In this document: positions 1 through 9,921 of the stretch, piece by piece
Numbering within the stretch: the first letter of the stretch is position 1
How the letters are laid out: each line of letters starts with the position of its first letter
Source: a virus
Taxonomy: Duplodnaviria > Caudoviricetes
DNA length: 64,000 bases
IMG/VR virus record: IMGVR_UViG_3300046516_001034
Coordinates: 899 to 64,898 of that record
Reading direction: 5' to 3' (one strand)
Notes under the pieces: generated by a model
Databases searched by the model: none
What the model saw: only the letters and a program-made list of their open reading frames with translations
What the model was told of the DNA's origin: nothing
Program-made: the position numbers and the translations under genes

Positions 1-963
1 AATGGTTTGCCCGATCTGCTCGCTGACATATCTTCCGTCGCCAATGCCACATTGCGTGCGCTGGTCAATAACCTATCCATCGCCAGCGGCCCGCAAGTCG
101 TCGTGAACGATGATAGACTGGGTGATGGCGAGGACGGCGAGCAGATGTACCCGTGGAAACGCTGGCACACCAAAGCTGACCCGTTCGGCAACAACACCGA
201 GAAAGCGATTGAGTTTTTCAACACCGCCAGTAACTCACAAGAGTTACTTCAGGTGTATCTCGCGTTCTCGAATATGGCCGACGAAACTTCAGCAATTCCT
301 AAGTTCATGACCGGCACCCCTCCACAGGGGGGCCTCGGCCGTACGGCCAGCGGCCTCTCTATGTTAATGCAGAACAGCAGTAAAATCCTGCAAACCGTCG
401 CCGCTAACATTGATGGCGACGTGGTTGAGCCAATCCTGAACTCGTTGTTTGATATGGTGATGCTGACCGACGACACTGGCTTGCTCACGGGCGAAGAGAA
501 GATCCGGGTGCTGGGGGTGAAAGTCGCCCAGCAGCGCGAAACCCAGCGGGCGCGCCAGCTTGAGTTTCTCCAGATCACTGGCAACCCGATTGATATGAGC
601 ATCATCGGGCCGAAGGGACGCGCTAAGATCCTGCGTAACGTCGCCACCGAGATCGGCATGCCGGGCGAGGATATCGTGCCGACCGACGACGAGATGGAGC
701 AGAAAGAGAAACAACAGCAAGTTATGCAGCAGATGGCTGCACAAGGCGCTGCTGGAGGACCGCCGGGCGGAGGTGGCGCGCCACCCGCTGGTCCGCACGG
801 AGCGCCGCCCGGGGGACAGCCGGGCGGCGCTCCACCGCAACAACCGCAAGTTCCTCCCCGGGCGGGCGCGCTCCCCGGCGCGCCTCCCGGCGCTCCCCAA
901 TCGGCGGGATCGAGCGCTGGCGGGCCGAGAATGAACCTCGTCAATCAGGGCGGCCCAACATGA
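1..963 (+). CDS. Portal protein, C-terminal part (5' truncated by window start)
   Basis: Frame open from base 1 (NGLPDLLADISSVANATLRALVNNLSIASGPQV...); podovirus portal-like helical region followed by a Q/P/G-rich tail; matching N-terminal part at 63096-64000. Confidence 0.8.
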   Translation, partial: NGLPDLLADISSVANATLRALVNNLSIASGPQVVVNDDRLGDGEDGEQMYPWKRWHTKADPFGNNTEKAIEFFNTASNSQELLQVYLAFSNMADETSAIPKFMTGTPPQGGLGRTASGLSMLMQNSSKILQTVAANIDGDVVEPILNSLFDMVMLTDDTGLLTGEEKIRVLGVKVAQQRETQRARQLEFLQITGNPIDMSIIGPKGRAKILRNVATEIGMPGEDIVPTDDEMEQKEKQQQVMQQMAAQGAAGGPPGGGGAPPAGPHGAPPGGQPGGAPPQQPQVPPRAGALPGAPPGAPQSAGSSAGGPRMNLVNQGGPT

Positions 964-1009
964 GCGTGCGCGTTTACGCGAACACGCTAAACGCGAAGGA
1001 GTGTATTCA

Positions 1010-1411
1010 ATGCCGCGAACGCCGGGTATGAAGGGCTCAGGGAGCCTCAAAATGGGAGGTAAGGGAATGAAACCGCCAGCACCCAAAACATCCATGGCAG
1101 GCAAGGGGATCGGCGCTCCCAAGGGTGGCCCGGGCATGGGCGGCATGGGCGCGCCGCCCCCGATGCCGAAAGCTCCAATGGGCGCGGGTCCGGGTATGGC
1201 TCCTCCCATGCCCGGCGGCGCTGGTCCGGGCGCAGGACCGGGCGGCCCGCCGATGCCTCCCCCTCCCGGCGCAGGCGGCGGCATGGGCGGTACTGGTGGG
1301 TTCGCCAAGGGGGGTAGCGTGAGCACTGCGCGGCACGGGCCGGGGAAAGCGGTAAGCTCTTCCAGCGGTGATGCCAAGCCGCGTCACTCACGAGGCGGTA
1401 AGGGAGGTTAG
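1010..1411 (+). CDS. Gly/Pro/Met/Lys-rich small protein with GFAKGGSV motif
   Basis: AAGGAG SD upstream of ATG 1010; in the head-gene cluster. Confidence 0.6.
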   Translation: MPRTPGMKGSGSLKMGGKGMKPPAPKTSMAGKGIGAPKGGPGMGGMGAPPPMPKAPMGAGPGMAPPMPGGAGPGAGPGGPPMPPPPGAGGGMGGTGGFAKGGSVSTARHGPGKAVSSSSGDAKPRHSRGGKGG

Positions 1412-1414
1412 GCG

Positions 1415-2002
<588 letters not shown>

Positions 2003-2049
2003 CTCACGTGAGTTATCCACAGCAACTGGAACTTTTCGAGGAGAGTGAG

Positions 2050-2283
2050 ATGGGTAAAGTTATCAGTGAAGGCAATCGAGGCATTACATTCGCCCAAGGC
2101 GGCACTGGCAAGATGTTCGGCAAGGGGACCGCCGGGCGCGCCGAGAGCGATGTTTCCGGCAAGCAAAGCAACTCCCCTGCCGGTGGCGGCGAGAAATGGG
2201 CTTCTGGCGGGTCGGGCAAGATGTTCGGCAAGGGTTCAGCCAAGAAGGCCGTCCCCGGCCAATCTGGCAAGGACGGCCAGTAA
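2050..2283 (+). CDS. Small basic protein with duplicated (F/W)AxGGxGKMFGKG unit
   Basis: GAGGAG SD before ATG 2050; internal duplication. Confidence 0.65.
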   Translation: MGKVISEGNRGITFAQGGTGKMFGKGTAGRAESDVSGKQSNSPAGGGEKWASGGSGKMFGKGSAKKAVPGQSGKDGQ

Positions 2284-2287
2284 ATTT

Positions 2288-2318
2288 CCCTTGCATACTA
2301 CGAAGTAGTATGCAAGGG
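2288..2318. repeat. Perfect 14-bp inverted repeat with GAA loop (terminator or DNA hairpin)
   Basis: CCCTTGCATACTAC-GAA-GTAGTATGCAAGGG. Confidence 0.8.
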
Positions 2319-2384
2319 CTGCTCGTTCCTGATTTGCACATGGTTTGTTCAAATATCGTTCGATTACTCTAGGGAGTAACCCTA

Positions 2385-2912
2385 ATGGCTCTGGCGCTAC
2401 GCCCCAAGATCGACTTCAGCAGCAGGCTGGCTGCGCTACGCGCGGTAGGCGAGGATATCGGGCTTCCCGCCAATCAAATCCTTGACCAGAGCGCGGCTAA
2501 TTCGTCGCGTACTTACCTCAAGTATATTAACTACTGCCGTACGGCGCTCTCGCTTCCTCTTTATACGAGTATGGATTACACCAAATTTAACTCGGCGCTC
2601 AATGAGATTGCTGCGGCGGCTGGCACCGCCAAGCCGGAGATTGTAACCAATCCCTTCTATTCGAGCAGCGCTACGCCCCCGGTGCAGGGGAGTGTGTTGA
2701 CTTGTACATCAGGGACATGGATCAACGCTGGGGGTGCGACCTATGCTTATCAGCATAAGAAAAACAATACGAATATCGGGACGAACCAAGCTACCTACAC
2801 GCTGCTAGTAGGCGATGTTGGTTCAAGCGCCGTGTTCACTTGCACTGTTACAGCGACGACCGGCGCAGGCGCAAGCACTCCCGCCACCAGCAACCCAGTG
2901 AGCGTGCCATGA
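2385..2912 (+). CDS. Putative virion decoration protein with C-terminal Ig-like domain
   Basis: PVQGSVLTCTSGTW...YAYQ...ATYTLLVGDVG...CTVTAT pattern typical of Ig-like repeats. Confidence 0.55.
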   Translation: MALALRPKIDFSSRLAALRAVGEDIGLPANQILDQSAANSSRTYLKYINYCRTALSLPLYTSMDYTKFNSALNEIAAAAGTAKPEIVTNPFYSSSATPPVQGSVLTCTSGTWINAGGATYAYQHKKNNTNIGTNQATYTLLVGDVGSSAVFTCTVTATTGAGASTPATSNPVSVP

Positions 2913-3079
2913 GCAAGGAAAAAACAAAGGGCGACGAAGACAAGTTGGCGCGTATCCACCTCGTGTTGAACGAGTATGACGGCGACGAAGCCCTGCGCCG
3001 TATTCGCGAGGTGTTGTATGGGCCGCCGCGTTTTTCTTCCAACGACGAGATAGAAGAAAGAGAAGATGCCGACGTTTGA
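2909..3079 (+). CDS. Hypothetical protein (MSKEKTKG...)
   Basis: ATGA overlap with upstream stop. Confidence 0.45.
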   Translation: MSKEKTKGDEDKLARIHLVLNEYDGDEALRRIREVLYGPPRFSSNDEIEEREDADV

Positions 3080-3296
3080 CAGCACGTCGGATGATCGCAT
3101 CGTCAACAATACGTTGCGTCATCGCTATCGGGTGCTGACCGATCACGAGAAGCAATCGGTGCAGTCGATCAAGGATCGCGGCCTTGAGATGATGGCGACC
3201 GTCGAGGCATGCGTTCCGGTGGGGCGGGAAGCCTCGCTAGCGAGAACTAAGATTGAAGAAGCCGTCATGTGGGCGTGCAAAGGAGTGACCCGGTAA
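3066..3296 (+). CDS. Acb2/Tad1-like helical-hairpin protein (putative cyclic-nucleotide sponge)
   Basis: HRYRVLTDHEKQSVQSIKD resembles Acb2 GYRDLSQEEIDMMNRVKE; C-terminal REASLARTKIEEAVMWA hairpin signature. Confidence 0.65.
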   Translation: MPTFDSTSDDRIVNNTLRHRYRVLTDHEKQSVQSIKDRGLEMMATVEACVPVGREASLARTKIEEAVMWACKGVTR

Positions 3297-3598
3297 TGGA
3301 CAAGCCCTCAGAACGCAAGCTCCCGACCAAGAAGCGCGACGGCAGCGACACCGACGAAGACAACATCGTGCGCTTCGGTCCCGGCAACGTGATGGAGCAT
3401 CTCCCCTGCATGGGCATGCATGCTTCCAAGGATGTGGTAGGGTTGGATAAGGATCGATTGCTGACTAACAACTACCTGAAGGAAGAACTGCAAAGCAAGG
3501 ATAAGCGCCAGATGAGTGTGCTTGAGATTGCCGCTGAAGAGCTAATGATGCGCGATAGCCCGATGCTTAACATCAGCAAAGCGAAGCGAGTATTCTGA
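3296..3598 (+). CDS. Hypothetical protein
   Basis: TAATG overlap, AAGGAG SD. Confidence 0.55.
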   Translation: MDKPSERKLPTKKRDGSDTDEDNIVRFGPGNVMEHLPCMGMHASKDVVGLDKDRLLTNNYLKEELQSKDKRQMSVLEIAAEELMMRDSPMLNISKAKRVF

Positions 3599-3903
3599 TG
3601 AGAAAATTAACGTTAGCGCTGCTGGCGCTATTCGTTGCCTTTCCAGCGTTGGCGGCGACGACCAAGGTAACGTTGAACTCTACGACGTGGACCGATCTGG
3701 GGGTAGGACCGGCGATAGTCGCAGGCAGTGGCGCAGTAGTGTTCTCGGTTGATAGCACAACGCCGACGATAGCCGTTGGAACTGGGTTTCCGATGGGGGC
3801 TGGTACTGTGTGCCTGAATACAACTTTGCACGTTTACGCTATGGCGGTAGCGGGGAATACGTTTCCAGCTTTCGTGTTCGTTTCACCCATTGTGGGATGC
3901 TGA
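3598..3903 (+). CDS. Small beta-rich protein with Sec signal peptide
   Basis: MRKLTLALLALFVAFPALA|A; TGATG coupling on both sides. Confidence 0.7.
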   Translation: MRKLTLALLALFVAFPALAATTKVTLNSTTWTDLGVGPAIVAGSGAVVFSVDSTTPTIAVGTGFPMGAGTVCLNTTLHVYAMAVAGNTFPAFVFVSPIVGC

Positions 3904-5678
3904 TGCGCTTAGGGCGTACATTACTTCTAAGCGTCGCGCTTGGGTTACTCTCGGGAGTTACTCAGGCGCAAACGCCGTCGCCTGCCCAGTTGGGGTTGGT
4001 GATTGCTACGCCTAACGTTGTGCAGGTTCTCGATAGCTCGCAGAATTGGGCGACGATTGGCACGGTTGACCCGACGACGCATACGTTTACGGTGGTGGGC
4101 GGCGGCAGCAACGTCACAAGTTTTAATACTCGCACTGGCGCAGTGACATTAAATTCCGGCGATGTGACTGGGGCGTTGGGGTTTACGCCGTACAACAACA
4201 CCAATCCAGCGAATTATATCACCGCAGCGGGTGCGCCAGTACAATCAGTCGCTACTCGCACGGGCGCAGTGACGCTTACACACAGCGATATCACCGATTG
4301 GGCGGCGACACTTTTGCCATATGCGCTGCTCAATTCGCCCGCGTTCACTGGCACGCCTACTGCGCCTACGCCTTCACCCGGCGACAGTAGCACGAAACTT
4401 GCTACGACGGCGTTTGTTGGCGCAGCGGTTACAGCGGGTGGATATACGCTTCCTACCGCTTCTACCACAGTGCTTGGCGGCGTGAAGGTTGACGGGTCAA
4501 CGATCAATATCTCGGGAGGTGTGATATCGGGAGCGCCGAGCGGGATCACCGCAAACTCGACGGCGACGAGTGGGTTCGCCGCTGGGCAGATTGCTTATAG
4601 CGACGGGTCAAAGATACAAGCGTCTGGTAACCCAGAAGCAGCTTTAGAGTTGGGTTCTTCGGGATGGCTTATTCCGCCGGGAATAGCGGGAGCGAACTGG
4701 ATTGCTTTTTCCGGCAATAACAATATGGGCGGGTCGAGCGCCGCCATTAATATAAATGGAATTATGAATGTTTTTACTGGATTTGGCGTGGGGGTATATG
4801 GGGTAGGGGCTGCAAGTGTATTTTATAGCGCCGCTGGGACTGCTATTGCCGCTATTTATGATCAAGCTAATGCTTTGATCCCGATGCAATTACAAGTTGC
4901 TAATAGTTTTAATGGTCCGAATAGCGAGTGGGCTGCAATAGATTGGCAAACAGTTCCCAACACGTTAACTATTGGCGCGCAGAAAAGCGGCACTGGGATA
5001 GTGCGTCCAGTTAACCTCGTTGGCTCTTCTATATCTATTAATGGCGCTGCGCCTAACACCAATGGCGGCATTGGCACCGCATCGACGAGTTCTATTGTTG
5101 CTGGCGCTATCAACACGGGTGGGGGCAGTGGCGTTGCTCCGGTGGGCTTGGCCGATGTTGCAGCCGGGTCATATCTAAAATCCAATGGCGTAACCACGAT
5201 ACCGGCTTGGCAAGCGTTCGGCGCAAACGTGCAAACAGCGCTTGGAGTTGCTGCCGGAGCGACGGGTTCAGTAGCGCTGCAATCGGGCGCGATCACTACT
5301 GGCGATCTTGTCAAATGGAGCGGTGCGACCGGCGTTTCGGATGCGGGTGTAACTCCTACAGCAAGTGGGTTTATTTCTAACGGAACACAACCTACCATTA
5401 CGGGCTCAGGCGGTACCTGCGCAACGACGACCAAGGTAGGCGGGGCGACGGCGGGGACGGTGGTTCTTTCGGGGGTTTGTGCAACAACCAACACCATTGC
5501 ATGGACCGGCATGCCGACAGCGCCTAATGGTTGGGCTTGTGATGCTCAAGATCGTACAACTCGTACGGCCGGTCCTTTCAGCGTGAGTGCTTCAACGACA
5601 ACTGGTTTCACTATTACTATGGGCGCGACGAGCAGTGTCGCCGCTGATGTTCTCCAATGGAAATGTCAAGGATACTGA
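3903..5678 (+). CDS. Tail-fibre-like protein with N-terminal signal peptide
   Basis: Start re-called at ATG 3903 (TGATG overlap): MRLGRTLLLSVALGLLSGVTQA|Q; fibre motifs VTSFNTRTGAVTL x2, LNSPAFTGTPTAPT..STKLATTAFV, YTLPTASTTVLGGVKVDG. Confidence 0.75.
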   Translation: MRLGRTLLLSVALGLLSGVTQAQTPSPAQLGLVIATPNVVQVLDSSQNWATIGTVDPTTHTFTVVGGGSNVTSFNTRTGAVTLNSGDVTGALGFTPYNNTNPANYITAAGAPVQSVATRTGAVTLTHSDITDWAATLLPYALLNSPAFTGTPTAPTPSPGDSSTKLATTAFVGAAVTAGGYTLPTASTTVLGGVKVDGSTINISGGVISGAPSGITANSTATSGFAAGQIAYSDGSKIQASGNPEAALELGSSGWLIPPGIAGANWIAFSGNNNMGGSSAAININGIMNVFTGFGVGVYGVGAASVFYSAAGTAIAAIYDQANALIPMQLQVANSFNGPNSEWAAIDWQTVPNTLTIGAQKSGTGIVRPVNLVGSSISINGAAPNTNGGIGTASTSSIVAGAINTGGGSGVAPVGLADVAAGSYLKSNGVTTIPAWQAFGANVQTALGVAAGATGSVALQSGAITTGDLVKWSGATGVSDAGVTPTASGFISNGTQPTITGSGGTCATTTKVGGATAGTVVLSGVCATTNTIAWTGMPTAPNGWACDAQDRTTRTAGPFSVSASTTTGFTITMGATSSVAADVLQWKCQGY

Positions 5679-5679
5679 T

Positions 5680-6111
5680 ATGAAACGCGCTCTCTTGGCT
5701 GCTCTTTTTCTTCTACCTACTCCCGTACTGGCGCAAACCACGATAACGGTGAGCGTAGGCAACGTCTCTGAAAAATGGGATATGACTGCTGATGACCAAG
5801 CTAAATTTGAAGCGTGGGTACAGTGGACTTATAAATGTGGCGCATCGCCAGTTGTAATGGGTAATCCGGCAATGCCGCCTCCGGCTCCGCGACAAGATTG
5901 CACACCGCTTACTCTTGGGGAGAGCGAAACGTTGTGGGCCAAGGGAATGCTGCAAGGCACCGCCGACAACGTGACAAAATATCAGAATGCGATTGTGTCG
6001 GCAGCGGCGGTTTCACAGGCGAAACCAATCGGTTTTCAGATGAATGGACCAGCAAAGGAACCAAAGAAGGGACCGCCGCCGGGACCGCCGCCGGATGCAA
6101 CGAAGAAATGA
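5680..6111 (+). CDS. Secreted/periplasmic protein (possible fibre chaperone)
   Basis: MKRALLAALFLLPTPVLA|Q signal peptide; two Cys. Confidence 0.65.
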   Translation: MKRALLAALFLLPTPVLAQTTITVSVGNVSEKWDMTADDQAKFEAWVQWTYKCGASPVVMGNPAMPPPAPRQDCTPLTLGESETLWAKGMLQGTADNVTKYQNAIVSAAAVSQAKPIGFQMNGPAKEPKKGPPPGPPPDATKK

Positions 6112-6344
6112 GTGAGGCGCGTAATGAATATATTCGTACGTTGTTCACGCTCAGTAAGAGTGACCCGGCGGCGTGGGAGAATTTCTTAGTGGCGTACGGT
6201 AACTATGTGACGGCGGAACTGGAGAGATCGTTGAGCATACCGCTTGGCGAAGCACAAATGGCCTTGGGGATGGCGCGACAACTGGTAGCTCTTCGGAACG
6301 ATTTTCGTGATATCCAGCAGTTGATGCTGAAGGTGAAAAAGTAA
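6108..6344 (+). CDS. Small helical protein preceding the scaffold gene
   Basis: ATGA overlap; abuts next gene. Confidence 0.6.
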   Translation: MSEARNEYIRTLFTLSKSDPAAWENFLVAYGNYVTAELERSLSIPLGEAQMALGMARQLVALRNDFRDIQQLMLKVKK

Positions 6345-7499
6345 ATGGCTACGACGATCCAAGGACATGAAGCGGTTGGCGGCGCAACCAAGCGTGGTCC
6401 GCCCGATACTAGTGTGAAAGTTCCTGATGGGGTGAAAGCCGCCGCCGAGCGCGCCGATGCTCTCGTCAAGCAGGCGGCGGAAGCGAAAGCCAACGCCCCT
6501 GCTGGCGCTGACCAACCGATTGGCGCGTCGCTGAAGCCCCCCGCCGAGCGCGTTCCTACGGGCGTGGTGACGGCGAACTTCGACCCGAACGATCCCAATC
6601 CGCCGCGTGACGTGCCGAGCGCGCCACAAGCGGCTCCTCCAGCGGCCCCTCAACCGCAAACTCAAGAAGACTGGGAGCATCAGTTTAAGTCGCTCAAGGG
6701 GCGCTACGACCGCGACAGCGAAGACAAACGCAATATGTCGCGGCAGTTGCAGGAAACACAAAGACTTTTAGCGTCGCTCTCGGTTGCTCCATCAACCCCC
6801 CCAAACGGAGCAGGCGAGGGGTCGGGGGTGCGGTTCGCCGCGCCTCCGCCTCCCGGCAGGAAGATCACCCCACAAGAAGTGACCGAGTACGGCAACGAGC
6901 TTCTCGATGTGGTTGCGCGCCGCGCGCAAGAGGTAACCGAGCCGGTTCTGGCGCAAGTGATCAGCGAACTCAACCAGCTTAAGCGCTCCGTAGGCGGGGT
7001 GCAAAACACTGTCGAGTACGACGCCCGCGTAAGGATGTACGAGGACTTGGCGCACGACGTGCCGAACTGGGATCAGATTAACAACTCTGCGCAGTTCGCT
7101 CAGTGGCTGGACCAACCCGATCCGATCTCCGGCGCGATGCGCAGGAACCTCCTCAATATGGCGCATAACGGCAATCTAGCGGGGCGGGTGATTGCGATCT
7201 TCCGTGGGTTCCTTAATGATATGGGTTACTCTCAGAGTAACGGCGGTGCCCCCGCCAATGGCGCAGGCAACGGCGCTGCGGCTCCCCAGCGGGTTGATCT
7301 TGCGGCGTACGCCGCGCCGGGGAAGATGAAGCCCGGCGGCACCGAGGTGCCGGGAGAAAAGCCGATCTTCAACGCGGTGGATATCCCAGCTTTCTACCGG
7401 GACAAAACCGCTGGCAAGTATGCTGGCCGTGAGGCCGAGATGAACGCGCTTGAGGCAGCGTTGTTCGAAGCAGGGAGGGAAGGTAGAATAAGACGTTGA
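6345..7499 (+). CDS. Capsid scaffolding protein (putative)
   Basis: Upstream of MCP; coiled-coil WEHQFKSLKGRYD, VPNWDQINNSAQFAQWL, C-terminal EAGREGRI. Confidence 0.7.
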   Translation: MATTIQGHEAVGGATKRGPPDTSVKVPDGVKAAAERADALVKQAAEAKANAPAGADQPIGASLKPPAERVPTGVVTANFDPNDPNPPRDVPSAPQAAPPAAPQPQTQEDWEHQFKSLKGRYDRDSEDKRNMSRQLQETQRLLASLSVAPSTPPNGAGEGSGVRFAAPPPPGRKITPQEVTEYGNELLDVVARRAQEVTEPVLAQVISELNQLKRSVGGVQNTVEYDARVRMYEDLAHDVPNWDQINNSAQFAQWLDQPDPISGAMRRNLLNMAHNGNLAGRVIAIFRGFLNDMGYSQSNGGAPANGAGNGAAAPQRVDLAAYAAPGKMKPGGTEVPGEKPIFNAVDIPAFYRDKTAGKYAGREAEMNALEAALFEAGREGRIRR

Positions 7500-7524
7500 C
7501 GAGTAAAAAATAGTGTGGTAAGTA
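7496..7524 (+). promoter_or_regulatory. Sigma70-like promoter upstream of major capsid gene
   Basis: TTGACG-17-TAAGTA with TG extension. Confidence 0.4.
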
Positions 7525-7675
7525 TTTCCTGTTTGGCAGTTTTGATATTCTGGCTCTTGTGGCCCCAGCCCTAACACGCTGGCGCACAAGAGAGCGAAGC
7601 CGAGCCTGAGAGTTTTCTCCGCTCGTTGTTGCCGATTAACGTCGTAACAACGGTCATGCAAAAGGAGAAAACATC

Positions 7676-8692
7676 ATGGCCCTAGGTCTTGCAGGTGGAG
7701 GTACGACACCTCCGATTTATCCAACTGGCGGTACGAATGTCGATTATCTAGCTGCTGGTTTTATTCCCGAGATTTGGTCGGGGAAGCTGATCGAAAAGTT
7801 CTACGCTGCGACGGTGTTGGCGGCGATCAGCAACACTGACTACGAAGGGGAGATCAAAAGCTACGGCGATAGGGTTAAAATCCGCACCAAGCCGACGCTG
7901 GTGATCAACAACTACCTCGTCAGTGGCGATCTGGCGCTTCAGCGTCCAGTCGGCACAGCGGTCGAGTTGACCATCGATCAAGGCAAATACTTTGCGGCGA
8001 TCCTTGATGACGTGATCGAGAAACAATCGGATATCAACAACCTCTCCATTTGGGCCGACGACGCGTCGGAGCAGATGAAGATTGTCGTTGACAGCGACGT
8101 GCTGTTGTTCTTGCTCGGGCAGGCCGACGCTGCTAATCGTGGGCTGTTTGCTGGGGCGATTTCGGGCAACGGCACCACTACCGGCGTCAATCTTGGCGTC
8201 ACCGGCACGCCCCTCGGTACTGTGGGCCGCAATCCGACCACGGGTCAGGTCGAAATCATCGATGTGTTGTTGCGCATCGGCCAGTGCTTGGACGAGCAGA
8301 ACATTCCTGAAACCGGGCGCTGGATCGTCATGCCGACGTGGGCGACGTTCCAACTGAAGCGTTCGGAACTTCGTGAGGTGTTCATCTCCGGCGATAGCGT
8401 CAGCATCTTGCGTAACGGTAAGTTCGGGCAGGTGGATCGGTTCACCATCTACGCGAGCAATCTTTTGCCCAAGGGGCCGATCACTGGTCCTCCGGCGCTA
8501 GCGGCGGGCGAGTGGGTGATCTACGGCGGTCACGCGCATGGTCTGACGTTCGCCTCCCAGCTTACCAATGTCGAAACGATCCGTTCGGAACGCACCTTCG
8601 GTCAGATTATTCGCGGCCTGCAAGTGTATGGCCGTGGCGTGCTCGACGGCAAGGCAATCTGTCAGGCTATCGTTACTCAGGCTGGTCCGTAA
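7676..8692 (+). CDS. Major capsid protein (HK97 fold)
   Basis: FIPEIWSGKLIEKFY...NTDYEGEIKSYGDRVKI, LDEQNIPETGRWIV, RGLQVYG; AAGGAG SD. Confidence 0.9.
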   Translation: MALGLAGGGTTPPIYPTGGTNVDYLAAGFIPEIWSGKLIEKFYAATVLAAISNTDYEGEIKSYGDRVKIRTKPTLVINNYLVSGDLALQRPVGTAVELTIDQGKYFAAILDDVIEKQSDINNLSIWADDASEQMKIVVDSDVLLFLLGQADAANRGLFAGAISGNGTTTGVNLGVTGTPLGTVGRNPTTGQVEIIDVLLRIGQCLDEQNIPETGRWIVMPTWATFQLKRSELREVFISGDSVSILRNGKFGQVDRFTIYASNLLPKGPITGPPALAAGEWVIYGGHAHGLTFASQLTNVETIRSERTFGQIIRGLQVYGRGVLDGKAICQAIVTQAGP

Positions 8693-8699
8693 GCTTTAT

Positions 8700-8739
8700 C
8701 CCCCGGCGTCCTAGTCCTCCCCGCGTCGGGGGCATTTTT
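8700..8739 (+). terminator. Rho-independent terminator after MCP
   Basis: CCCCGGCG...CGTCGGGG stem followed by a T tract. Confidence 0.5.
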
Positions 8740-8752
8740 ACTCTGGTGAGTA

Positions 8753-9187
8753 ATGGCCCAAGCTTACATCACGGTCACCAGCTACTTGGTGTCGTCGCGC
8801 AATCGACTGCAAGACTTGATTGCGCCCTATCGCTACACCGATGGGCAGATTGTCAGCGCTCTCGACACTGCGTTGGCGGAGATGGGGCGCGTTCGTCCCG
8901 ATATTTTTTTGGACCTAAAATATCAGCGCCCTCTTAAAAAGGGCGATCTCAATGACGGCATGCCGGGAGGTTATGGGCTCGCCGATCTATCGTTTCAAAG
9001 TGATGGGATCACTTACAACCCCGGCGGCGGCACTATTGTCCCCGTGCCGGTGAAGTATATCACTCCTATCCATTGGTTCATGGATGGCTGGCTCCAGTTC
9101 CAAGATGTGACTGATACGCAAGACCAAAGGGCGCAGGGGTTCATGCAGAAGTTCCAAACCCAGCTCATGACGTTGAGTGCAGCATGA
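8753..9187 (+). CDS. Head-tail adaptor-like protein
   Basis: Position after MCP; LQDLIAPYRYTD...RVRPD pattern. Confidence 0.55.
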   Translation: MAQAYITVTSYLVSSRNRLQDLIAPYRYTDGQIVSALDTALAEMGRVRPDIFLDLKYQRPLKKGDLNDGMPGGYGLADLSFQSDGITYNPGGGTIVPVPVKYITPIHWFMDGWLQFQDVTDTQDQRAQGFMQKFQTQLMTLSAA

Positions 9188-9921
9188 CAGCATCAACCAA
9201 CATCGTTCGCCTTCAGGACATGGTGCGGCTTTCCACGCCGGGCGTGCTCGATGGCACGATCCGTATGGAAGTGTTCAACGTCCTTAAGGAATTTTTCCAA
9301 CGCACTGATGCGTGGTTGTTAGAACTTCCCGTGTACATCGTGCCGCTTATTTGCGATTATCAGCTTAACCCTTGTCAGAACGTCGTCGTGAACCGCTTGA
9401 TGGGGCTTGGGCGTTCGGACAACCCTAACGCGTCGTTTAGCTACGTGCCGATGTGCCCGCAGCAATTCTTCGCTGCCGGGGGAAGCAATACCAGTTATGG
9501 GCTTCAGAACCCACTGTTTCGCTCTTGGCGCGGCGCAATGTTGTTGAACGCTGGCGCTAAGACGCCGATCATGCGGATCGTGGACAACCCATCATCTAAC
9601 GAGACATGGATAGCGACGGTGGCGTTGGCCCCATGTGACCCGGTGGACAGCGACGGCTTCGTTGAGCCGCCGGATTGGGTGATGGAGAAATATCTCAGGG
9701 GGATCGCCAGCGGGGTGATCAGCGCGCTGATGCTGCAACCGGGTAAGCCATACTCGTCGTTGCCGGGGGCGCAGTACCACGGGCGTAAGTTCAACGAGGC
9801 GGTCGGGCTAGCTCGCAAGGAAGTGCGCCACATGTTCGTGTGGGGCGCACAGCGCTGGGCGTTTCCGATGGGCGGCTACAACACGCCGCGCCCGCGCCTG
9901 CCTACCGGAGGAGGGATGTAA
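9184..9921 (+). CDS. Head-tail connector / tail tubular protein (putative)
   Basis: Synteny; LKEFFQRTDAW, LMLQPGKPYS pattern. Confidence 0.5.
   Translation: MTASTNIVRLQDMVRLSTPGVLDGTIRMEVFNVLKEFFQRTDAWLLELPVYIVPLICDYQLNPCQNVVVNRLMGLGRSDNPNASFSYVPMCPQQFFAAGGSNTSYGLQNPLFRSWRGAMLLNAGAKTPIMRIVDNPSSNETWIATVALAPCDPVDSDGFVEPPDWVMEKYLRGIASGVISALMLQPGKPYSSLPGAQYHGRKFNEAVGLARKEVRHMFVWGAQRWAFPMGGYNTPRPRLPTGGGM

Noticed and set aside
3810-3902. ORF-track upstream start for the 622-aa fibre gene
   Set aside because: Overlaps the preceding gene by 94 nt; ATG 3903 gives TGATG coupling and a clean signal peptide
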